From contig JAVZNC010000002.1 of the NCBI GenBank assembly GCA_038882955.1, forward strand, positions 64,001 through 128,000: a stretch of DNA of 64,000 nt, given 5' to 3'. This DNA is from Candidatus Bathyarchaeia archaeon. GTDB lineage: Archaea; Thermoproteota; Bathyarchaeia; Bathyarchaeales; Bathycorpusculaceae. The notes beneath the pieces were generated by a model. The model did no database searches and was not told where the DNA came from. It worked only from the letters and a program-made list of their open reading frames with translations. A program made the position numbers and the translations under genes. Positions within the stretch are counted from its first letter, which is position 1, and each line of letters starts with the position of its first letter. Of this stretch, positions 38,638-48,390 are shown one piece after another.

Positions 38638-39863
38638 TCTTTCCAGTCTAAAAGCCTCTTCTCGCCTTCAATCTTCTTTATATCGGTTATATCTTGCGTA
38701 ACTTCCATTGTCCCCAAATATTTTCCGTTCCTGTCCCTAACCGCAAAATACCTTATTTGGATTAAACGGTTGTTTACATTGATCCAAAATTCGGCGACGT
38801 CCTTCTTTCCTTCTTTGAAGGCGTCAAGGATGCGGTTTACTATGTGTATACTTTTTTGCGGGTGGCAAAGCTGCACTTTTCTGCCAATGACGGCTTTTGT
38901 TCGAACAAAAACGCGTTTTTCAGCCTTGTTGAAATACCTTACAGTGTCATCCTTATCCACAAATGTTATGTCGACTGGCAACGCGTTTAGCAGTGCTTCG
39001 AGTTCCTCCTTGGTTAATGTTCCAGTTTCAAACTGTAACGCGAAAGGCCTCTCTTCTGGCTTCATAACTTTCTCCTCTCTTTCTGCTTCCACTATTTGTG
39101 GTGCGCCAGTTAACTCTGGCGGTGTAAAACAGCAGTATCCAATTTCATCAAATTCGCGTCTTATAGCTTTCCACTCATCTTCAGTTATGACCCGCAACGC
39201 CGTTGGAAAGAGTATGTTGTTCTCCTTAAAAAAGTGGCTTGCCAACAAGCCGTTTAAGGCTTCAGCCAACTCGCTTAACTGCACTTTAAACTCTTGAAAA
39301 CTTGATGCACCGTAATTTTCAACAAGTTTGTTTAGCGCCTTCTTTTTCTCTCTTATATGGTTGTGCTCCATCCACATTATTGCTGGCGGCTCTGTAATCC
39401 CATGCTTCTCCAAAGTTGGAAAGAGCACATTCTCCTCGCGTAAATAGTGCTTCTCAGAGTCCATGAAATCCCTTGCTAAATGTTGCAGAACATGAATTTC
39501 CTCTTCAATGTAGCTAGCTTCGCTGAGCTGTTGAATCTTGTTCACTGTTGCCACGAGTTTTCCAGCAAGCTGCAGCATAATCTTGTGTTCTTCCATAAGT
39601 ATGTTGATTGGGTGGCTTGCTGGCACGTCAAGTTTCTGTTTTTCCAGCTGTTCTCTAAAAACAGCCATGTGCACATCGCAGAGCCTTTGCAATTCCTCTC
39701 TTGGCATTCCTTCCCTTATTAACTCCTGCTCTATACGGGAAATTTCAAGCGGGCTTATGCCTTCCAGAAACTGCTTAAATCTTTCCTTAACCTCTTGCGG
39801 GGGTGCGCTAGCATGCAGCTGCCTAAGAATTTCCTTCAAAACGTTTTTTCTGTCCTCCGCCAA
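38634..39863 (-). CDS. DUF438 + hemerythrin-like + PAS domain protein
   Basis: IEQEL..LCDVH, HP...EH, HYLREE..LFP, MWMEH, HFFKENNILFP, PAS part LPVDITFVD...CHP; TTG 39863 follows GGAGG. Confidence 0.85.
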   Translation of the reverse strand: MAEDRKNVLKEILRQLHASAPPQEVKERFKQFLEGISPLEISRIEQELIREGMPREELQRLCDVHMAVFREQLEKQKLDVPASHPINILMEEHKIMLQLAGKLVATVNKIQQLSEASYIEEEIHVLQHLARDFMDSEKHYLREENVLFPTLEKHGITEPPAIMWMEHNHIREKKKALNKLVENYGASSFQEFKVQLSELAEALNGLLASHFFKENNILFPTALRVITEDEWKAIRREFDEIGYCCFTPPELTGAPQIVEAEREEKVMKPEERPFALQFETGTLTKEELEALLNALPVDITFVDKDDTVRYFNKAEKRVFVRTKAVIGRKVQLCHPQKSIHIVNRILDAFKEGKKDVAEFWINVNNRLIQIRYFAVRDRNGKYLGTMEVTQDITDIKKIEGEKRLLDWKE

Positions 39864-39867
39864 AACG

Positions 39868-41046
39868 TTATTCCTCCTTAATCTTTTTTGCAAGCGTCCT
39901 TCCAATTTCAATTATCTGCCTTACATTATCGTCTGTAGGTGGACCATTTATTTCCATGGCTCCGACAACCTTAATTTTTGTTTGTCCAAGCAGCTCTTGA
40001 ACGTGTTTTATTGTTCCTCCGCCCCAACCATATGAACTTAGAACAACGCCAAACTTTAATGGTGGACGCAGAGCCTTGACGAGGTATGCTGCGTAAACGC
40101 CGAGAGGGTGCATTCCACCGAGAACTGTTGGCGCGCCAAGAACTATGGCTTTAGAGTCTACAAGGTCTTTTGCTATATCGCCAATGTCAGATGAAGCCAG
40201 ATTGTAGACGGCTATTTCGATGTCTTCAGAGGAAAGGGTGTCAGCCATAACTTCAATCATCTTTTCTGTGCTGTGCCACATCGTCGCATAAACGATTACT
40301 GCTTTGCGCTTCGTTTTGCCATTAACCCACATTTTATAGGCGTTTAAAATGCGTTCAACATTCTTGTGTATTGGACCATGGCTCGGCGCAATCATCCGTA
40401 TATCTAAACCCTTTATTTTTTCAAGCGCCTTCTGCCCCATCACTCTAAAAGGCATCATTATCTCGCCAAAATACCTCTGGGCGTGAACAAGTAAATCCTC
40501 AATGTCAGCATCGTAAACGCCCCCCGCGAGATGCGCGCCGAAAAAGTCGCATGGAAACAAAATTTCATCTTCTTGCAAATATGTGAACATTGTTTCTGGC
40601 CAGTGGAGCATGGGCGCTTCTATGAAGCGTAATGTTTTACCGCCTAAATCTATTGTTTCTTGGTCTTTGACTGGCATAAGACGGCTTTCTGGAACTTTGT
40701 AGAATGTTTGAGCCATTTTTGCGCCTTTGCTTGATGTCACTATTTTGGCTTTGCTGTTAATTTGCATCATGTATGAAATTGCGCCTGCATGGTCTGGTTC
40801 AGCGTGGTTCATTATTATGTAGTCGATTTCTTTTGGATCTGTGAGGCTGATTATTTTTTCTTCTAATTCCCTTTCGAAGCCTGGGTTTACCGTGTCGATT
40901 AATGCCTTCTTGTTTTTGCCGATTATTAGGTATGCGTTGTAGCTTGTTCCTTTTGGCAGTGGAATCAAAGCGTCGAAAAGTCTTCTGTTCCAGTCTTTTG
41001 CGCCGACCCAGTAAACGTTTTCTGCGAGTTTTGTTATGTTTCTCAA
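39868..41046 (-). CDS. fprA: Flavodiiron protein (O2/NO reductase)
   Basis: GTSYNAY, HAEPDH, HWPE, DFFG.H, PSHG, C-terminal flavodoxin domain. Confidence 0.93.
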   Translation of the reverse strand: MRNITKLAENVYWVGAKDWNRRLFDALIPLPKGTSYNAYLIIGKNKKALIDTVNPGFERELEEKIISLTDPKEIDYIIMNHAEPDHAGAISYMMQINSKAKIVTSSKGAKMAQTFYKVPESRLMPVKDQETIDLGGKTLRFIEAPMLHWPETMFTYLQEDEILFPCDFFGAHLAGGVYDADIEDLLVHAQRYFGEIMMPFRVMGQKALEKIKGLDIRMIAPSHGPIHKNVERILNAYKMWVNGKTKRKAVIVYATMWHSTEKMIEVMADTLSSEDIEIAVYNLASSDIGDIAKDLVDSKAIVLGAPTVLGGMHPLGVYAAYLVKALRPPLKFGVVLSSYGWGGGTIKHVQELLGQTKIKVVGAMEINGPPTDDNVRQIIEIGRTLAKKIKEE

Positions 41047-41062
41047 GGATGTTTCACCACTT

Positions 41063-41084
41063 CTTTATTACAATTGTAATAAAG
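41063..41084. promoter_or_regulatory. Perfect 22-bp palindromic operator
   Basis: CTTTATTACAATTGTAATAAAG, between a minus-strand TATA-like element (~41086-41094) and the fprA start. Confidence 0.75.
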
Positions 41085-41128
41085 TATATTTATGCCTTTC
41101 TACACATATACGCTGGGAAGGGTCATAA

Positions 41129-41536
41129 ATGTTGGTGCCATGTGAAGCAGCAGTAAAATGCCTCCTACCAGCAATACGTGCCATGCTCGCGCAAGAGCTT
41201 ACAACAGAGCACAAGCTGAAACAGGCAGAAGCAGCAAAACTTTTGGGAGTGAGCCAACCAGCCATAAGCCTATACTATAGACGCATACGCGGAAAAGCCA
41301 TAAACCTAGAAAAAGACCCCGAAATAACAAAACTAATCAAGGAATTTGCCAACACGTTGGCTAGCAGTGGCAACACAATGTCCCATAAGGAGTTTATCCA
41401 AAAATTCTGCGAAATATGCAAACTAATAAGAGCAAGAGGCTTAATGTGCGAATTACACAAAATCTTTGACCCACAAATAGACATCGAAAAATGCGAGCTC
41501 TGTTTAGCTGCTGGCGCTGTCAACTGTTTTAGATAA
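41129..41536 (+). CDS. HTH transcriptional regulator with Cys/His-rich tail (COG2522-like)
   Basis: PCE..VK..LPAIR, QAEAAKLLGVSQPAISLY..RG, CEIC..MCELH..CELC. Confidence 0.85.
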   Translation: MLVPCEAAVKCLLPAIRAMLAQELTTEHKLKQAEAAKLLGVSQPAISLYYRRIRGKAINLEKDPEITKLIKEFANTLASSGNTMSHKEFIQKFCEICKLIRARGLMCELHKIFDPQIDIEKCELCLAAGAVNCFR

Positions 41537-41566
41537 TCCTTTATAACATGAAACACCATCAAAATT

Positions 41567-42091
41567 TTGGGGAACAAAAACATGGGATATTTATCCGCTT
41601 GGAAAGTTCTGGAAGAAATGAGTGCAGAGTTCCGAAAAAGAGGTATATCCGTCCCACAAGAAGTGATGAACGATTTAAAATCCGCCAAAACGCTAATCAA
41701 CATTTTGAAAGCCGACCCCACATGCGTTGAAACAAGCCAAAAAATCGAAGAATTCCTAATGAAAGTTGAGTCCTATCTGGCGTCTGAGGGACAGAAAAAA
41801 TTCGGCGCAGAATACGTAGATGATTGGCTTAAGAAAGTGGATGAGGCGATGCAAAAACCGCATGAAGAAGAGGAAGCGGAAGTTGAAACAAGGTTCATTT
41901 CTGGGCTTCCGCGAGAGCACAAGTGGGTTCGCGTAAAGCCTTCGTCGGACTTGCCGATTGAAAAACTGAAACTTTTAGCTGAAGAATCGAGTCTCTCATA
42001 CGAAATGCAAAAGGACGGTTGCTTGCTCGTTTACGGCGAAGAGACATGCATAAAGGATTTTATCAAAAAGGTAGCTGCAAAACATGCATAA
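41567..42091 (+). CDS. DUF2096-family protein
   Basis: WKVLEEM..EFRKRG..VP....DLKSAKTLI pattern. Confidence 0.7.
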   Translation: MGNKNMGYLSAWKVLEEMSAEFRKRGISVPQEVMNDLKSAKTLINILKADPTCVETSQKIEEFLMKVESYLASEGQKKFGAEYVDDWLKKVDEAMQKPHEEEEAEVETRFISGLPREHKWVRVKPSSDLPIEKLKLLAEESSLSYEMQKDGCLLVYGEETCIKDFIKKVAAKHA

Positions 42092-42269
42092 CTCAAAGCG
42101 TAATGTCAAGTTTTGGCTAATTTTTGTTTAAAAGCTAGCTGAAAATTGAGTCTGAAGTGTGAATAACTGTTAAGGCTTGTTGCTATAACCTTTTTATAGA
42201 AAAATCTTACAGAAGAGTCTTATAACGAGATGGTTGCAATCCTTCGGTGTGGGCGAGGGCGCAAACTGA

Positions 42270-45200
42270 ATGCCCTATATCAAAAAAATTGAGCTTAAGG
42301 GATTCAAATCATTTGGTCCGCAAACCGTTAAAGTAGTCCTAGATAAGGGTTTTACGGCTATAACTGGACCGAATGGAAGCGGAAAAACAAACATTGTTGA
42401 TGCAGTTCTATTCGCCCTAGGAGAGTTAAGCACAAAAAGGCTCCGTGCAGAAAATGCTGCAAAGCTGATTTTTCACGGTTCAGAGAAGGCTGGACTTGAA
42501 AGAGCGAAAATGGCTAAGGTCATAATACAATTTGATAACACGGACGGTCGGATACCCGTAGACACCACAACAGTTACGGTTTCACGTGAAGTTTACAGAA
42601 ATGGTCAAAGCGTTTACAGGCTTAATGGAAGGCGAATATCAAGAGCCCAAATCCTAGAAATTCTCTCCATGGCTGGGCTAAGCTCAACAAGCCAAAACAT
42701 CATCTTGCAAGGCACAATAACGCGGCTAACAGACATTGCGCCGATGGAAAGAAGAAAAATAATTGAGGATTTGGTTGGAATAGCCCAATACGACGCAGAA
42801 AAAGCTGAAGCTGAAGAGAAACTTAGGACAGCGGACATTTCCATACGTACAGCCATGGGAAGAATAGACGAAGTGCAGCGAAGAGTCGATGACCTAGAAA
42901 GGGAACGCAACCAACTTTTGCGATTCAACTTCATTCAGCGCGAAATAGGAAAGTTTGAGGCAATCAAAATATCAAATGACATAATGCAAATCCAAAAGAA
43001 GATAGAAGAAACAACATCGCAGGCAAAAAAGGTAAAAGAAAGAGTTGAAAAACTGCGGCAACTGCGCGAAGATTTGCGTTCAAAGAGGAGAGGAATAGAG
43101 GGCGAATGGAGAAAATTAAGCTCAGAAATAGTTGAAGAAGGCGGTTCGCAAGTTTTAAAGGTTCAGATGCGTATAGGCGAATTAAAATCAAAATTAACAG
43201 AATTAACGACACGTATAACTTCTGGGAAGACAAGCCTTGAAGGGCTAAAGCGCGTTAGAGAAAACAACCTCGCACAGTACGAGTCTATTAGAAAGGAAAT
43301 TCGCGAAAACCGTTTAAGAATAAAGGAGCTACGAAGCGAATACGAAGCAATTTTAAACCAAATAAACGCAAAACAAGCCGAGCATGATGCGCTTACAAGC
43401 GAAACGGCTCAGCTTTGGGAAAACCTCGGCGAAAACAGTAAAAAAATCCGAGAAATGGAACAGCAAGTAGAAAATCACTACAAGAGACTTTCATATTTAC
43501 GTTCTGAATATGCAAAGAGCCAGACGGCGATAAAAATCCGCATAAGAAGGCTTAACGACCTCAAAAACCGCAAAGAAAGATTCGCGTTAACGCTTGCTGA
43601 ACTCGAGAAGTCATTCGCTGAACTTGAAAAAGTGCAAAAAGAACAGAAAACACAGCTAAAAAACATGCAAAAGATGCTCGAGCGGAAGATTACACAAAAA
43701 GAAGCCATAGAACGCGAAATAGCAGAGGCTGGAAAAATAGCTGACTCGGCAAAGACTGCAGTAATAGAATTCGCAACACAAAGAGAACTCGCAGAAACAG
43801 TAGCTTCTGAGGAAAAAGCCCTCCGAAGCATAGAAGAACTCGGCGAACTTGGAGTAATTCAAGGCGTCTACGGCAGACTTCGCAACTTGATAAAGGTTGA
43901 TGGAGCCTATAAGAGGGCTATTGAAGCTGCAGCGGCTGGCTGGCTTGACGCGGTTGTTGTTAAAGATTTTGATGCCGCTTTCACGTGTGCAGAAACCTTG
44001 AGAAGGATGAAACTTGGACGCATAAAGATAATTCCACTTCAAGGAACTTCAAATCCGAAAGCCTTGAAAGTTCCGCAAGCGGAAGGCGTAAACGGCGCAG
44101 CAACATTTTTCATAAAATGCGAGAAGCATTATGAACCAGCGGTTAACTTTGTTTTCGGGGATACACTAATTGTTTCGAATGAAAAGACTGCGTTCACCTT
44201 ATCAAACGAAGGTTATAGGGTGGTAACGGTTGACGGAGACTTGTACGAGGCTGGAGGTGCGTTTGAAAGCGGTTATTATAGGGCGCCAATAGACTTTTCC
44301 ACAATAATACCAAGCGAGAAAGCCATAAAAAGCCTAGACGAAGCCGTCAATGCCCTTCAACAGCATCTTTCCAAGCGTGGCACAGACTTATCGGCTTTCG
44401 AAGAGGAAATCGACAGGACACGTGTCGAAATTACACGCCTTTCAGAAGCCATAATAACACTTGATAGGGAAATTGCACGCGTTAAAAGGAATGTTAGAAG
44501 AACTAGGGCTAATGTCAGGCGTGTTGACAAGAATATAGCCAAGCTTGAGAAGGAAGTGGAGAACGAAAAGGCTCTAATGTGGAAACACCGCGCTGAAAGC
44601 AGCTCAATCCAAAAGGAAATACGTAAACTTCAAAACGCTTTAGTTGCACTTCGGCAAAAAGCAGACCCATCCTACATTCAAGAGTTAGAAGTTAAGAGGG
44701 AAAAACTCGCTGAAGAAATAATAACTTTAAGGCAGAAGCTCGGCGCGGTTCAAACTGAAATTTCAACGCTTCAATCAAAATTTGACAACGTCTTGAGAGT
44801 TGGGTATCAAAACGCGAAAATCCAGCTTGCAAAAGTTGAACAGCAACTTCGAAAAGTAGAGAAGGAAGTGGAAGAAGCCACAAAAGAACGTGAATCCCTC
44901 AAACTGGAAATAGCGGAGCTTGAAAAGAGTCGCGTTGAACTCTCAAAAACGGTTTTGTCAGCACGTGAAGAAGCGAAAAAATTCACTTCCCAAATAGATG
45001 ACGTTGACAAGGAACTGCGTAAACTTGATTCTGAATATGAGCAGGCTGACCGCCTCCTAAACCAGCTTCAACTCAACATCCAAACGTCAATGCTCCAGCT
45101 TGAACAGCATAGAAGCCAGCTTAGGCAAATTGGGTACGAACAGCCATTGCATGTGACACCAGCCCAAGTTGAGGAGTCTGAAACAACAATTAAAATGATG

Positions 45201-45824
45201 CGTTTCGAACTTGAAAGGATAGGTGCCGTAAACCAATTAGCACTGTCTCACTATGCTGAGCAAATTTCGCGATACAAAGAGCTCTCCCTAAGGCTTAATG
45301 AGTTGGAAAGGGAAAAACAAGCTATAGTCCAGTTTATGAACGAGATTGAAAGTAAAAAGCGCAGGGTCTTCATGGATGCCTTCGAAAAGATAAACGCGAA
45401 TTTGGCGAAGTACTTTAACAAGCTTACTGGGGGCGGAAACGCCACCCTGATGCTTGAGAACCCAGATGAACCGTTTCTTGGCGGGATAGACATGACCGTT
45501 CAGTTCCCAAACAAGCCATCCATTATTGTAAGCGGAGCCAGTGGTGGAGAGCGCTCTGTCGCTGCAGTTGCCTTTATCTTTGCAATAAAAGACTTTACTC
45601 CAGCGTCCTTCTACATTCTAGACGAAATAGACGCACATTTAGACGCTTATCACGTTTCGAAACTCGCTGAAGTGCTGCTAGAGGAATCCGAAAAGACCCA
45701 GTTCATAGTAATAACGTTAAAGCCTGAAATGGTAAACAAAGCGCAGAAAGTCTACGGCGTTTACGAGCGCAATGGAGTCTCAAACGTTATATCAGCCAAG
45801 TTTCTCGAGGTGACCAGCCAATGA
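42270..45824 (+). CDS. smc: Chromosome segregation protein Smc
   Basis: GFKSF, GPNGSGKTN, central hinge, ASGGE, DEIDAHLD. Confidence 0.96.
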   Translation: MPYIKKIELKGFKSFGPQTVKVVLDKGFTAITGPNGSGKTNIVDAVLFALGELSTKRLRAENAAKLIFHGSEKAGLERAKMAKVIIQFDNTDGRIPVDTTTVTVSREVYRNGQSVYRLNGRRISRAQILEILSMAGLSSTSQNIILQGTITRLTDIAPMERRKIIEDLVGIAQYDAEKAEAEEKLRTADISIRTAMGRIDEVQRRVDDLERERNQLLRFNFIQREIGKFEAIKISNDIMQIQKKIEETTSQAKKVKERVEKLRQLREDLRSKRRGIEGEWRKLSSEIVEEGGSQVLKVQMRIGELKSKLTELTTRITSGKTSLEGLKRVRENNLAQYESIRKEIRENRLRIKELRSEYEAILNQINAKQAEHDALTSETAQLWENLGENSKKIREMEQQVENHYKRLSYLRSEYAKSQTAIKIRIRRLNDLKNRKERFALTLAELEKSFAELEKVQKEQKTQLKNMQKMLERKITQKEAIEREIAEAGKIADSAKTAVIEFATQRELAETVASEEKALRSIEELGELGVIQGVYGRLRNLIKVDGAYKRAIEAAAAGWLDAVVVKDFDAAFTCAETLRRMKLGRIKIIPLQGTSNPKALKVPQAEGVNGAATFFIKCEKHYEPAVNFVFGDTLIVSNEKTAFTLSNEGYRVVTVDGDLYEAGGAFESGYYRAPIDFSTIIPSEKAIKSLDEAVNALQQHLSKRGTDLSAFEEEIDRTRVEITRLSEAIITLDREIARVKRNVRRTRANVRRVDKNIAKLEKEVENEKALMWKHRAESSSIQKEIRKLQNALVALRQKADPSYIQELEVKREKLAEEIITLRQKLGAVQTEISTLQSKFDNVLRVGYQNAKIQLAKVEQQLRKVEKEVEEATKERESLKLEIAELEKSRVELSKTVLSAREEAKKFTSQIDDVDKELRKLDSEYEQADRLLNQLQLNIQTSMLQLEQHRSQLRQIGYEQPLHVTPAQVEESETTIKMMRFELERIGAVNQLALSHYAEQISRYKELSLRLNELEREKQAIVQFMNEIESKKRRVFMDAFEKINANLAKYFNKLTGGGNATLMLENPDEPFLGGIDMTVQFPNKPSIIVSGASGGERSVAAVAFIFAIKDFTPASFYILDEIDAHLDAYHVSKLAEVLLEESEKTQFIVITLKPEMVNKAQKVYGVYERNGVSNVISAKFLEVTSQ

Positions 45825-46525
45825 CCGAAGCAGCCATGATTAAAAAGCCATTTTATATGCGCCCGCCGTGGAACATCCTCTTCGAGTTCCACAAACTTGA
45901 GAAACTCACGCCATGGAACATCAACATCGCATATTTGCTGACAAGCTTTCTTAAAGAGATGGAAAAGGCTGGATACATTGATTTTAGGGCTTCAGGCGTA
46001 GCCCTCGACTCATCCGCGTTCATATATCTAATGAAATCAAAACTTCTACTCAAGCTTGAGGAACCTCCACCTCCGCCGAAACCGCCACAGGATTTCTTGC
46101 CTCCGCCTTTGTTTTTGCCGCTTAGGCACGAGTTGACTTCAACGACGATAAAGCATCTGCTAGAGGTTCTGGACGACGTCTTAAAAAGCGAGAAGCTTAT
46201 CCCGCTGGAAAGAGGAGATGTCCAACCGATTCTTCCAACGCCGTCTGATATTCTCCCACAATTCGGAGTTTACTTAATGGAAATTGAATTTCAAATGGAA
46301 GAATTGTACAAGACGCTTCTTGAGATGGTTAAGGGCGGCGGAATAGTCCAATTCTCCACTTTAATTAAAGGCTTCGGGAGGCTTGAAGCAATTCGCAAGT
46401 TCATTTTACTACTTTTTCTGGCGCAAGATGGAAAAGTAAACCTTTGGCAGGAAGAGGAAACAGAGGAAATATATGTAACCGTTGGAGAGTTTAACTTTGC
46501 AAGAAACGAAACAGCAAATGCCTGA
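45821..46525 (+). CDS. scpA: Kleisin ScpA
   Basis: PWNINI, SG.AL...A, C-terminal FILLLFLAQDG winged helix; follows smc. Confidence 0.85.
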   Translation: MTEAAMIKKPFYMRPPWNILFEFHKLEKLTPWNINIAYLLTSFLKEMEKAGYIDFRASGVALDSSAFIYLMKSKLLLKLEEPPPPPKPPQDFLPPPLFLPLRHELTSTTIKHLLEVLDDVLKSEKLIPLERGDVQPILPTPSDILPQFGVYLMEIEFQMEELYKTLLEMVKGGGIVQFSTLIKGFGRLEAIRKFILLLFLAQDGKVNLWQEEETEEIYVTVGEFNFARNETANA

Positions 46526-47108
46526 TTTAGGCGAAACTTTACAGAAAATGCAAGTAGAAGAAAAACTGAAGCATGACCTAGCCCTATTAGAGGCTGCCCT
46601 ATACGTTTCTGGTCGCCCATTAGACTTGAACGAGTTATGTTCTGTTCTGAAGACACGCTCCAAAAATAAAACACGCAAGCTCGCAAGGATGCTTATGCAA
46701 GAATACGCCAAAAGAAACACCGCCCTTGAAATTTTGGAGCTTAAAGACGAAAGGTTTGTTCTCCAACTAAAAGCGGAATATACGCCGCACGTGCGAAAAC
46801 TTGTAAACAGACCTTTGCTTTCCACTGGTCCCTTAAAGACGCTTTCATACATAGCCTACAAGCAACCCATATCACAAAAGAGAGTTATCGATGTTCGGGG
46901 ACGCCACGTTTACAGCCACATAAAACTACTCAAAGAAATGAACCTAATAAGCGCAGAGCGGAAGGGACGCGTAACATTGCTTAGGACAACGGATTATTTT
47001 GCGGATTATTTTGGCTTAAGCCACGACATCCAAACAATGAAGAAGGAACTGAAAAACGTTTTCGAAGACTTTTCAAAGCAAGAAAAGAGCGCCGATTCCA
47101 ACGGATAG
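46482..47108 (+). CDS. scpB: SMC-Scp subunit ScpB
   Basis: LEAALYVSGRPL, TLSYIAYKQPI, TT.YFADYFGL. Confidence 0.92.
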   Translation: MESLTLQETKQQMPDLGETLQKMQVEEKLKHDLALLEAALYVSGRPLDLNELCSVLKTRSKNKTRKLARMLMQEYAKRNTALEILELKDERFVLQLKAEYTPHVRKLVNRPLLSTGPLKTLSYIAYKQPISQKRVIDVRGRHVYSHIKLLKEMNLISAERKGRVTLLRTTDYFADYFGLSHDIQTMKKELKNVFEDFSKQEKSADSNG

Positions 47109-47167
47109 ATTTATATTACAAGAAAACTGTGATAGTGAACACCAATCTGATTTAGAAGGAAAAAGTA

Positions 47168-47563
47168 ATGTCTGTCTGGCACGGCGACCTTCACAAGAAA
47201 AAACCCAGCGGGGGCAGAAAACGCGTTTACAGAGGAAAACGAAAATTTGAGCAAGGACGCTTTCCAGCGGAAACGCTACTAGGCGAGCCTAAAAAGAAAA
47301 TTGAAAGAGGAAGAGGAAGCACCATCAAAATTAAGGTTTTAAGCGACAAATACGCTTGCATAACAGACCCGAAAACTGGAAAAACCGAAAAAGCCGAAAT
47401 TTTGCGCGTTGTCCGAAACCCATCAAACGTTGATTATGACAGAAGAGGCGTAATAACAAAAGGCGCAATAATAGAAACCACGCTGGGACTGGCGCGCGTC
47501 AGTTCACGCCCAGGACAAAACGGCATAATGAACGCAATACTAATAACCGAAGAAAAGAGCTAA
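47168..47563 (+). CDS. rps8e: Ribosomal protein eS8
   Basis: KKPSGG, KRKFEQGR, TKGAII, SRPGQNG. Confidence 0.96.
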   Translation: MSVWHGDLHKKKPSGGRKRVYRGKRKFEQGRFPAETLLGEPKKKIERGRGSTIKIKVLSDKYACITDPKTGKTEKAEILRVVRNPSNVDYDRRGVITKGAIIETTLGLARVSSRPGQNGIMNAILITEEKS

Positions 47564-47915
47564 AATAAATTTCTCTACGTTGACTTCTACTAGATGTTAT
47601 TAAACAGAAGATACTGAATAGTAGTACAGTTAACGGGTTTCTTTTATACGGGCATCATACTGCCTACGCTTTCCTTGGTTCATGGTGCAGCGATTTTTGA
47701 TACTGGTGGTGGCGGATCCTGAAAAAGGCTTAAAACTGCTGCTTGAAGATTTACGGCTAGGGAGGAAACTTCAAGAACAGTTTCTTTAACAAGTGGCAGT
47801 GGACGGTGAGTTTGGGGCTTAAAATCATACTTCATTTTGTTTTGGAAGCGAGTAAGCTTTAAATAAAATATGGTTCATTTCCTAGTTAGCTTTAACTTGA
47901 AATGGACGGCAGTAA

Positions 47916-48389
47916 ATGTCGAGAGAGTTTCGCCACATATTAAGAATAACGGATACCGATGTAGATGGTACCCTAAAAGTCCCTTATGCACTTAGGAAAA
48001 TTAAGGGTGTAAGCCTAAGCTTGGCAAACGCCATTCTGAAGAAGGCTGGAATAAGCCCGCATATGAGGGCTGGTTTTTTGACGGAGGCCGAAGTTGAAAA
48101 GATAGAAGAAATAATAAAAGAGCCCACAAGGTTTGGGCTGCCAAATTGGCTTTTAAACAGAAGAAAGGATTTTGAAACTGGAAAGGATATGCATCTAATC
48201 AGCGCAGACTTGACGTTGAGAACAAAAATGGACATTGAACATGAAAAAGAGTTAAAATCGTGGCGTGGATACCGCCATGCTTACAGCTTGAAGGTGCGTG
48301 GGCAGAGAACAAGAACCACGGGAAGAAGCGGAAAGGCTCTTGGAGTAAAGAAGAAAGCAATTGTTAAACCAGCTTCGGGAAGTAAGTAG
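47916..48389 (+). CDS. rps13: Ribosomal protein uS13
   Basis: WLLNRRKD, SWRGYRH, VRGQRTRTTGR. Confidence 0.97.
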   Translation: MSREFRHILRITDTDVDGTLKVPYALRKIKGVSLSLANAILKKAGISPHMRAGFLTEAEVEKIEEIIKEPTRFGLPNWLLNRRKDFETGKDMHLISADLTLRTKMDIEHEKELKSWRGYRHAYSLKVRGQRTRTTGRSGKALGVKKKAIVKPASGSK

Positions 48390-48390
48390 C

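Noticed and set aside
38461-39297. 278-aa plus-strand ORF
   Set aside because: Antisense shadow of the DUF438/PAS gene; Ser/Phe-rich with no motifs.
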